A stretch of 35,895 nucleotides of DNA from an uncultured Clostridia bacterium (GTDB lineage Bacteria; Bacillota; Clostridia; Christensenellales; UBA1750): positions 1-35,895 of the forward strand of contig CALWKN010000188.1 of assembly GCA_944381265.1 (NCBI GenBank). Direction: 5' to 3'. The position numbers and the translations under genes were made by a program. This document shows positions 27,941 through 34,549 of the stretch, piece by piece. Position 1 is the first letter of the stretch. Each line of letters starts with the position of its first letter. The notes under the pieces were generated by a model, which made no database searches, had not been told where the DNA came from, and was given only the letters and a program-made list of their open reading frames with translations.

Positions 27941-28635
27941 GCTTCCTGCTCTCTGTCAACGAAGCGGTAGCCCACGCCTCTGACCGTTTCGATGTAGGGC
28001 TCCTCGCCCAGCTTCTGGCGCAGATGGCGGATGTGCACGTCCACGGTGCGCGTCTCGCCGTAGTACTCATAGCCCCAGATGCGATCCAGCAGGAAGTCGC
28101 GGGTGAGCACCTTGCCGCGGCTGAGGACCAGGACCTTGAGCAGCTCGAACTCCTTGAGCGTCAGGGAGAGCTTCTCCCCGCCCTTAAAGGCCTCGTAGTT
28201 CGTAATGTCGATCATGATGTCGCCGGAGCGCAGCGTCTGCGGCTCGCTCTCCTGCTGGGGCGCGACGCGGCGCAGCAGGGACTTTACGCGCGCGGCAAGC
28301 TCCCGCACCGAGAAGGGCTTGGTGATGTAGTCGTCCGCGCCAAGCTCCAGGCCCAGGATCTTGTCCACCTCGTCGCCCCTTGCGGTCAGCATGATGATGG
28401 GGATGTTGCTGGTCATGCGGTCGCCCTTCAAGCGCCGGCAGACCTCCAGTCCGTCGATGCCGGGCAGCATGATGTCCAGCAGCACGAGCGAGGGACGTTC
28501 CACCTCGCAGCGCTTGAGCGCTTCTTCGCCGGTCAGCGCCGTGACGACGTGGTAACCGGCCGCCTTGAGATTAAAGGAAATCAATTCCAGGATATGGACC
28601 TCGTCGTCCACCGCCAGAATGGTTTCGCTGGCCAT
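27937..28635 (-). CDS. phoP: OmpR/PhoB-family response regulator
   Basis: Receiver (LLDIMLPGIDG) plus winged-helix output (RTVDVHIRHLRQKL). Adjacent to phoR and the pst genes. Confidence 0.9.
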   Translation of the reverse strand: MASETILAVDDEVHILELISFNLKAAGYHVVTALTGEEALKRCEVERPSLVLLDIMLPGIDGLEVCRRLKGDRMTSNIPIIMLTARGDEVDKILGLELGADDYITKPFSVRELAARVKSLLRRVAPQQESEPQTLRSGDIMIDITNYEAFKGGEKLSLTLKEFELLKVLVLSRGKVLTRDFLLDRIWGYEYYGETRTVDVHIRHLRQKLGEEPYIETVRGVGYRFVDREQEA

Positions 28636-28704
28636 GAGAATAAAACCTCCTTCGTCTGTCTATCGGGAAAGCCAGGGGCGGGCGGGGATGTGCCCGGCCC
28701 TCAT

Positions 28705-29166
28705 TTACGACTTTGGCGTCTGCAGCAGGGATTTGAGCTCCTCCATGAACGTGTTGATGTCGCAGAAGGAGCGGTAGACCGAGGCAAAGCGCACATAGGC
28801 CACCTCGTCCAGATTGCGCAGCCGCTCCATGACCATCTCGCCTATGCGGGAAGAGGAGACCTCCCGCTCCAGGGAGTTGTAGATCTGCTGCTCGACGTCG
28901 CGCACCAGGGCGTCCACATCGCCCATGGCCACGGGGCGCTTTTCGCAGGCCTTGATCAGGCCCCGGCGGATCTTGTCCGCGTCAAAGGCCTCGCGGGAGC
29001 CGTCCTTTTTGACGACCATCACCTGCACGTTCTCGATCTTTTCATAGGTCGTGAACCTGCGGCCGCAGTTCATGCACTCCCGCCGGCGCCGGATGGCCAG
29101 GCCCTCGTCCGTCGGCCGGGAATCGATCACGCGGCTGTCGGTGGAATTGCAGTACATGCACTTCAT
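28705..29166 (-). CDS. nrdR: ribonucleotide reductase repressor NrdR
   Basis: MKCMYCNSTDSRVIDSRP...CMNCGRRFTTYE zinc ribbon plus ATP-cone. Confidence 0.96.
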   Translation of the reverse strand: MKCMYCNSTDSRVIDSRPTDEGLAIRRRRECMNCGRRFTTYEKIENVQVMVVKKDGSREAFDADKIRRGLIKACEKRPVAMGDVDALVRDVEQQIYNSLEREVSSSRIGEMVMERLRNLDEVAYVRFASVYRSFCDINTFMEELKSLLQTPKS

Positions 29167-29247
29167 GAACCCTCACCTCGCAACGGCGGCTGCCGCGCCC
29201 CGAAATGGGGGCAAACCGCTTCAAACGGTCATTCGCCGCCGGTTACT

Positions 29248-29276
29248 ATTATATCTCTTTTTTCATCCACCGTAAA
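29248..29276 (-). promoter_or_regulatory. sigma-A type promoter of nrdR
   Basis: TTTACG, 17 nt, TATAAT on the minus strand, in the only AT-rich patch of this gap. Confidence 0.55.
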
Positions 29277-29334
29277 GTCTTTGGCGCGAATTTTGTTAAT
29301 TCTTTTAAGAAGCGGTGAAAAATCAACGAGGATT

Positions 29335-29591
29335 CGGCGTCGTTCCGCCAGGCGAAAAATGCCTGACGCCGCGCGCGGGAACGGAGAGGAACGGTTGCGT
29401 GCAGGCAAAGCCTGCACGCAACATGGCGGAAGGGAGGGGGAGGCGGCCTGCGGCCGCCTCCCCCTCCCTTCCGCCATCCCCCACCACCCGCCCCCACCGC
29501 CCCCGGCGCCCCTGCGCCCGCCTTGGCCTTACGGCCAAGACGGTGGGGCCCGCGGCTGCGCCGCGGACCCCTGTCGGGCCTTCGGCCCGAC
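29335..29591. repeat. cluster of five consecutive GC-rich hairpins, including a perfect 26-bp-arm palindrome
   Basis: Hairpins at 29335-29371, 29395-29421 (12 bp), 29423-29477 (26 bp arms, 3-nt loop), 29522-29539 (7 bp), 29545-29571 (11 bp, one mismatch) and 29573-29591 (8 bp). Confidence 0.85.
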
Positions 29592-29634
29592 GCGCAGGGG
29601 CGCCGGAGACGATCGCGGCGTTGCCTTTCTACCC

Positions 29635-29889
29635 TTAAGCGCGCTCGCCGCAGGGCCCGACGCCGCCCGGCAGGTTCACCAGGATCACGTCCTCGCCCAT
29701 CATCACCACCGCGCCCCAGGGGATCACGATCCCCTGCCCCTTGAACAGCCCCGCCAGGGAAAACGGCGCCGGCGCCACCAGCGCCAGGATCCGCCCGTCC
29801 GCCGACAGGTCCAGGTCGCAGACGTTCCCCAGCCGCGCCCCGTCGCAGGTATTGATGATCTCCTTCTGCTTCAGCTCCGCATATGTCAC
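29635..29889 (-). CDS. ylmC: YlmC/YmxH-family PRC-barrel sporulation protein
   Basis: KEIINTCDGARLGNVCDLDL...GRI and IPWGAVVMMGEDVILV are typical of the family. Canonical position downstream of sigG. GTG start. Confidence 0.88.
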   Translation of the reverse strand: MTYAELKQKEIINTCDGARLGNVCDLDLSADGRILALVAPAPFSLAGLFKGQGIVIPWGAVVMMGEDVILVNLPGGVGPCGERA

Positions 29890-29912
29890 GCCGCATCCAC
29901 TCCCTCCGCCTC

Positions 29913-29943
29913 ATGCCTATGCACCGGGCCCAAGGACGTATTC
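29913..29943 (-). promoter_or_regulatory. possible mother-cell (sigma-E-like) promoter of ylmC
   Basis: gAATAc, 17 nt, CATAGGCAT on the minus strand resembles ATA-N16/17-CATACA. Weak call. Confidence 0.25.
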
Positions 29944-30031
29944 GCGCGCGCGAAAGACGAGGCCGGATTTTTCCCGCGGTCCTTCCCCCGCGCGCGCAAC
30001 GCTTTGCGGCGCGCCGGGCCGCGCCGCCGTC

Positions 30032-30059
30032 AATAAAAAGTTTCGCCGTCAGGCGAAAC
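30032..30059 (-). terminator. second intrinsic terminator downstream of sigG
   Basis: On the minus strand: gtttcgcc-tgac-ggcgaaac followed by TTTTTATTG. Confidence 0.7.
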
Positions 30060-30127
30060 TCTCCGCTTCCTGGGGGAGATTGTCAAGAGGGGGAGTCCCC
30101 CTCTTGACCCCCACCCGGCCCGGCGGC

Positions 30128-30153
30128 AAAAAGATAGGAAGCTGTCGCTTCCT
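30128..30153 (-). terminator. intrinsic terminator immediately after the sigG stop
   Basis: On the minus strand: aggaagc-gaca-gcttcct followed by ATCTTTTT. Confidence 0.75.
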
Positions 30154-30927
30154 TTATATGTACTTACGCATGCGCCCCAGCGCGCTCTTCTCCAGGCGCG
30201 ACACCTGCGCCTGCGAAATGCCGATCTCCTCCGCCACCTCCATCTGCGTCCGCCCGCCGAAGAAGCGCAGCGTCACGATCTTGCGCTCCCGCTCATTCAA
30301 GTGCGCCAAAGCGTTCTTGATCGCGATGTCCCGCGTCCATTCCTCCTCGCCGCCGTGCTCATCGCGGATCTGGTCCATGACGTAGAGCGCGTCGCCGTTG
30401 TCGCGGTAGATCGGCTCGTTCAGGCTCATCGGCTCCTGGATCGCGTCCAGGGCCAGCACCACATCCTCTTCCTTGACCTCCAGCGCCTGCGCGATCTCCT
30501 TTACGCTCGGATCGCGCCCCAGCTCCACCCCCAGCTTCTCCCGCGCCTGCATGGCCTTGTAGGCGATGTCCCGCAGCGAGCGGCTGACGCGGATGGCGTT
30601 GTTGTCGCGCAGGTAGCGGCGGATCTCGCCGATGATCATGGGCACGGCGTAGGTGGAAAAGCGCACGCCCAGCGTCGTGTCAAAGTTGTCTATGGCCTTC
30701 ATAAGGCCGATGCACCCCACCTGGAACAGGTCGTCCATCATCTCGCCCCGCCCGGCAAAGCGCTGCACCACCGACAGCACCAGGCGCAGGTTCCCGCCGA
30801 CAAACTCCTCCCGCGCGCCCTCGTCCCCCGCGTGTATGCGCGCAAACAGCGCCTGCATCTGCGCGTTTGTCAGTACCGGCAGCTTCGAGGTGTCCACGCC
30901 GCAGAGCTCCACTTTGTTTCGTGCCAT
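30154..30927 (-). CDS. sigG: forespore RNA polymerase sigma factor SigG
   Basis: MARNKVELCGVDTSKLPVL..., GNLRLVLSVVQRF, STYAVPMIIGEIRRYLRD. Follows sigE. The ATG at 30927 has a GGAGGG RBS. Confidence 0.95.
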   Translation of the reverse strand: MARNKVELCGVDTSKLPVLTNAQMQALFARIHAGDEGAREEFVGGNLRLVLSVVQRFAGRGEMMDDLFQVGCIGLMKAIDNFDTTLGVRFSTYAVPMIIGEIRRYLRDNNAIRVSRSLRDIAYKAMQAREKLGVELGRDPSVKEIAQALEVKEEDVVLALDAIQEPMSLNEPIYRDNGDALYVMDQIRDEHGGEEEWTRDIAIKNALAHLNERERKIVTLRFFGGRTQMEVAEEIGISQAQVSRLEKSALGRMRKYI

Positions 30928-30956
30928 TGCTTTGCCCTCCGCTCTTTCGTTGCGCA

Positions 30957-30986
30957 TAGTTTCCCCGCGCCGCCCGCAGCTTATGC
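30957..30986 (-). promoter_or_regulatory. forespore (sigma-F/G type) promoter upstream of sigG
   Basis: GCATA, 16 nt, GGGAAACTA on the minus strand resembles GCATR-N15-GGHRARHTX. Located in the sigE-sigG gap, as in Bacillus. Confidence 0.5.
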
Positions 30987-30993
30987 ACCCATG

Positions 30994-31716
30994 CTAGAGC
31001 TTGGCGCTGATCTCTCCCTTCAGGCGCTTGAGTATCCGCTTCTCCAGGCGCGAAATGTAGGACTGCGAAATGCCCAATGCCTCTGCCACCTCGCGCTGCG
31101 TGCGCTCCGGCTGCCCGTCCAGGCCAAAGCGCATGCGCATGATGGCCTGCTCGCGCGTCTCCAGGCGCGATACCGCCTCGCGCAGCAGCGCGCAGTCCGT
31201 CTGCCTCTCCAGCTCCCGCCCAACAAGGTCCGGGTCCGTGCCCATGACGTCGGAAAGCAAGAGCTCGTTGCCGTCCATGTCCACATTGAGCGGCTCGTCC
31301 AGCGACACCTCCATGCGCGTGCGGCTGTGGCGGCGCAAGTACATCAGGATCTCGTTCTCGATGCAGCGCGAGGCGTAGGTCGCCAGCTTGATCTTCTTCC
31401 CCGCGTCAAATGTCCCCACCGCCTTGATCAGCCCGATGGCGCCGATGGAGATCAGGTCCTCCACGCCCACGCCCGTATTCTCGAACTTGCGCGCAATGTA
31501 CACCACCAGGCGCAGGTTGTGCTCGATCAGCCCCTGCCGCACGCTCTCGTCCCCGTCCCGCAGCGCCTGCATGATCCTCTCCTCCTCTTCCCGTGTAAAG
31601 GGCGGCGGCAGCGTCTGCCCGCCGCCGATGTAGTCCACGCGCCCCGCAAGCGCCCGCCGCGCCCGCCAAAGAAGCGCCCTTGTCCAGTCCTTCAGCCACA
31701 AAAATCCCTTACGCAT
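30994..31716 (-). CDS. sigE: pro-sigma-E, mother-cell sigma factor
   Basis: Pro-sequence [27 protein letters not shown], then [13 protein letters not shown] and [13 protein letters not shown]. The ATG at 31716 overlaps the spoIIGA end by 8 nt. The track ORF is over-extended. Confidence 0.95.
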   Translation of the reverse strand: MRKGFLWLKDWTRALLWRARRALAGRVDYIGGGQTLPPPFTREEEERIMQALRDGDESVRQGLIEHNLRLVVYIARKFENTGVGVEDLISIGAIGLIKAVGTFDAGKKIKLATYASRCIENEILMYLRRHSRTRMEVSLDEPLNVDMDGNELLLSDVMGTDPDLVGRELERQTDCALLREAVSRLETREQAIMRMRFGLDGQPERTQREVAEALGISQSYISRLEKRILKRLKGEISAKL

Positions 31717-32479
31717 CCCGCACGCACCTCCCCGGCACGAGCGCCCGGCCGCCCTCGGCCAGCGCTCCGTCGTACACCGCGATATAGGCCTCCACCTCGC
31801 GCCCGTCCACGCGCACCGCGTCCGCCGCGAACGCCGGCAGCACCCCCTCGCCCCCCACGGAGGCAAAGGGCACCGGCCGCGTGCGCCGCCCCTGCGCCAG
31901 GCCCTGCAGCGCCGCCTTCTCCACCACGATCACCGGCAGATTGCTCACCGGCTCCACCAGCAGGTTCCCGGTGTCCACCACCGCCGGCAGCGTCACTCGC
32001 CGCCCGTCGGCGCGCACGGTGAGCAGCGCCGTCGGGCTCTCCGGCATGCCGATCTCCCGCCGCCCCAGGTACAGCAGCCCTGCGCAGCCCACGATCGCCG
32101 TCAGCGCCAGCGCTCCCGGCCCGTAGCCCGCCGCGCCCAGCAGGTAGAACACCCCCGCCCCCGTGCCGCCCAGCAGCAGCGTCGCCAGCCAGATGAAGCA
32201 GAAGGCCCGCAGCGTCCGCCCGCGGCAGGAAATGCGCGGCCCGGCGCACAGGCACAGCGTCATCCCGGCGCAGACGAGCGTGCGCGGCAGCAGTCCCAGC
32301 AGAAAGCGCCCGCCCGGCAGGTAGGCCGCCACCGCGTAGCCGCAGCCCAGCGCCGCCCCGCTCAGCACCCGCGCAAGGCTCGTGGCAATGCCCGCCAGCC
32401 GCGCCGCCAGCGCCAGCGTCAGCGCGTTCATGCACAGGTTCTGCAGCACGAACCACTCGATGCTCACCGTCATCCGCAT
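31709..32479 (-). CDS. spoIIGA: sigma-E processing aspartic protease SpoIIGA
   Basis: N-terminal polytopic membrane domain plus the VVDTGN active-site motif. Directly upstream of sigE. Start at ATG 32479 or 32473. Confidence 0.9.
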   Translation of the reverse strand: MRMTVSIEWFVLQNLCMNALTLALAARLAGIATSLARVLSGAALGCGYAVAAYLPGGRFLLGLLPRTLVCAGMTLCLCAGPRISCRGRTLRAFCFIWLATLLLGGTGAGVFYLLGAAGYGPGALALTAIVGCAGLLYLGRREIGMPESPTALLTVRADGRRVTLPAVVDTGNLLVEPVSNLPVIVVEKAALQGLAQGRRTRPVPFASVGGEGVLPAFAADAVRVDGREVEAYIAVYDGALAEGGRALVPGRCVRDA

Positions 32480-32607
32480 CCCCCCTTGTCCCTCCACTAT
32501 AGCGCCCCGCCCCCGCGCTTTTTGTTGTTCCCCCGCCTCGCCTTTTGTCGCCCGCCCGGCAATTTCCGCGTGAAAAAAACGCCCCGCCCGGCGCTTTTTC
32601 TGGCATA

Positions 32608-32654
32608 AACAAAAAAGGGCGCCCGCCCGGGACGTTTTGCCCCAGGCGAGCGCC
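32608..32654 (-). terminator. intrinsic terminator after the sortase gene
   Basis: 14-bp stem (32618-32631 / 32641-32654). It is fully paired only on the minus-strand RNA, with two G-U wobbles. Followed by CUUUUUUGUUU. Confidence 0.75.
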
Positions 32655-32658
32655 ATTT

Positions 32659-33306
32659 CTATTCTGTATCTTCTGTCCGCGCGCAGCGCACCGCGATGCG
32701 CGCCTCTCCTCCCTGTGTGCAGGTCAGGAGCGTCAAGTCCCAGTCCCCCGCCTGCAGCTCCTCCAGCGCGGTCGGGGCCAGCTGTTCCGTCTCCGTCACC
32801 GCGTACTCGACCGCGGTGCCTTCCACATCGGTAAAGCGCACGCGCGCCCCCGGCGAAAGCGCCTGCAGGCGGCCAAAATGTGCCTCGTAGTTGTGCGCGC
32901 AGACCACAAGATCGTCCAGGTAGAGCGAGCCGCTGTAGCGACAGGGCGCCTCGCGCAGCGCCTCATAGCTCCAGGCGCTCAGCACCGGCAGCACAAGCTC
33001 CAGCTCCGGGATCTCCAGATAGCCGATGCAGGCGCGCCCGTCCACCTCCGTCTCCGGCATCGGCCGGTCCGGGTCCAAAGACGGCGTGGGCGTTGGCGAA
33101 GGGGCCGGAGAGGGCGCGGGCGCGGCGCTGGGCGGAGCGATAGGCGTTGCGGCGGGCGTGTGGGTGGGGAGGAGCTCCCGCAGCAGGGCGCGGCTCTCCG
33201 CCTCCGCCCGCTGCGCGCGCCACAGCTCCCGCCCAAGCGCCGCCAGCGACACCGCCAGGCACAGCGCCCCGAGGCAGAGCAGCAGCCTACTTATCCTCCG
33301 GCGCAT
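32659..33306 (-). CDS. sortase (membrane-anchored cysteine transpeptidase)
   Basis: N-terminal anchor, Pro/Ala-rich linker, VVCAHN (His), DLTLLTCT (TLxTC Cys) and a distal Arg (IAVRCAR). The start overlaps the substrate gene by 20 nt. Confidence 0.88.
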   Translation of the reverse strand: MRRRISRLLLCLGALCLAVSLAALGRELWRAQRAEAESRALLRELLPTHTPAATPIAPPSAAPAPSPAPSPTPTPSLDPDRPMPETEVDGRACIGYLEIPELELVLPVLSAWSYEALREAPCRYSGSLYLDDLVVCAHNYEAHFGRLQALSPGARVRFTDVEGTAVEYAVTETEQLAPTALEELQAGDWDLTLLTCTQGGEARIAVRCARTEDTE

Positions 33307-33832
33307 GGTCCTTCTTCCAGCCGCTCAGGCCGAGCAGCAGCAACGCCAGCCCCGCGCCAAGGCTCAGCGCGATGGGCAGCGTGCGCGCGCCGGTCTGCGG
33401 CAGCTTCTCCTGCGCCGCCGGGGCGGGGGTGGGCGCGGGCTCCGGCGTCGCCTCCGGCTCCTCGCTCAGCTCCGGCTCCTCTTCGCTGTAATCCGGGTAG
33501 GCGCCGTGCCACTCGTCCTCCGGCTCCTTGGGGTCCTCGTCCGCGGCGTCCACGGCGCCTTCCCCCTGATACGGGTCCTTGGGGTCTTCATCGTCATACG
33601 GGAGCTTCGGGTCTTCTTCGTCGTCATATGGGGGCTTGGGATCTTCGTTGTCATACGATGGCTTCGGGTCTTCTTCGCCGCCGGGGCCCTGGGGAGTTTC
33701 CACATTGTCGTAAAGGCCCTTCGGCTCCTCGCTGCCGCCCACGGCGCGGATGGGCGCGACCAGGCCGCCCAGCAGCGTCAGCGTCAGCAGCAGGCCCAGC
33801 GCCAGATGCAGTGCGATGGAATGTCGTTTCAT
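33287..33832 (-). CDS. small acidic Tyr/Pro-repeat surface protein with LPQTG sorting signal
   Basis: Signal peptide, DPKxPY(D/Q) repeats, then LPQTG (33389-33403) plus a hydrophobic helix plus a KK tail. Confidence 0.85.
   Translation of the reverse strand: MKRHSIALHLALGLLLTLTLLGGLVAPIRAVGGSEEPKGLYDNVETPQGPGGEEDPKPSYDNEDPKPPYDDEEDPKLPYDDEDPKDPYQGEGAVDAADEDPKEPEDEWHGAYPDYSEEEPELSEEPEATPEPAPTPAPAAQEKLPQTGARTLPIALSLGAGLALLLLGLSGWKKDHAPEDK
33569..33673 (-). repeat. in-frame 27-30-nt tandem repeats encoding DPKxPYD units
   Basis: Peptide DPKPSYDNEDPKPPYDDEEDPKLPYDDEDPKDPYQ. The periodic ggggtcttc / gggtcttcttc units are visible on the plus strand. Confidence 0.8.
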
Positions 33833-33855
33833 GTTTCTTCCTCCTTAAGCGTTGT

Positions 33856-34536
33856 TTATGTGGACGCCGCCTGCAGGCGGCGCGTCACTTCCGCGGCGAT
33901 CTCGGGCATCTTCTCCGTGAGATAGGGGCCGGGGCACTCGGTGTCCTGCCGAAACAAGCTGTGGATGGTGAGGGAGCCGGTGGCGTCGCCCGTCCAGACG
34001 AGCGCCTCCATGCCGTTGCGGCGGCAGATGTCCACGCACAGTTCGATCAGCGCGGCATAGCTGGCGTCGCTGACGTGCCAGTCGCCGCCGCGCTCGTCGT
34101 TGGCCACCTCGATGGTCACGGCGCGGTGGTCGTTCTCCGGGCTGGAGGAGGTCCAGGCGCGGTCGCGCTCCTCGACGTAGAGGGCGACGTTGCCCTCTAC
34201 GTCTATGGCATAGTTGGAGGAAGCGCGGCGCGCCGGGTCGGCAAACACCTCGCCCAGGCGCTCCAGGGAAATGTCCCCCGCCATGTGGTGGATGGTGATC
34301 TTGTCGATGCGCGCCTGACGGGGAAAGGTCGCGTTGGGGCTCAAATGCGCGTAGCGCGCCAAGGGGCTGTTGCGCTCCAGCACTTCCGCCTGCTCCTGGG
34401 CGCTGAGGGTCCGGCCGACGTTTTCCGGCAGCCGGCGCGCGTTTGTCCACCAGGCAAGGAGCGCCGCGGCGCACAGCAGGGCGAACGCCCCCAGCAGCAG
34501 GTAGGATCGGAGGTCTTCCGCGTGTCTTTCCGCCAT
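33856..34536 (-). CDS. membrane-anchored N-acetylmuramoyl-L-alanine amidase (Amidase_2/PGRP fold)
   Basis: ITIHHMAG, SSNYAIDVEGN, RAWTSSSPENDHRAVTIEVAN, ECPGPY. The ATG at 34536 has an AGGAGGGG RBS. The track ORF is over-extended to 34731. Confidence 0.88.
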   Translation of the reverse strand: MAERHAEDLRSYLLLGAFALLCAAALLAWWTNARRLPENVGRTLSAQEQAEVLERNSPLARYAHLSPNATFPRQARIDKITIHHMAGDISLERLGEVFADPARRASSNYAIDVEGNVALYVEERDRAWTSSSPENDHRAVTIEVANDERGGDWHVSDASYAALIELCVDICRRNGMEALVWTGDATGSLTIHSLFRQDTECPGPYLTEKMPEIAAEVTRRLQAAST

Positions 34537-34549
34537 GCTCTCCCCTCCT

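Noticed and set aside
29335-29591. Possible CRISPR array or tRNA-like genes in the hairpin cluster.
   Set aside because: The hairpins differ in sequence and length, and there is no repeat-spacer periodicity. There is no cloverleaf arrangement, no anticodon-arm geometry and no cas genes.
29229-29638. Two mirror ORFs (29229..29477 minus and 29315..29638 plus), both encoding MAEGRGRRP...ASPSLPP.
   Set aside because: The shared peptide is an artefact of translating the perfect 26-bp-arm palindrome from both strands. There is no RBS, and the minus ORF runs across the nrdR promoter.
32480-32605. Spo0A boxes and a long-spacer sigma-A promoter upstream of spoIIGA. Candidates are TATAGT at 32496..32501, TGTCGCC-like sequences and three CCGGGCGGG repeats.
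   Set aside because: The best 0A-box matches are only 5/7, and I could not find a convincing -35 at either 17- or 22-nt spacing. The CCGGGCGGG recurrences may just be GC-rich terminator-like stems.
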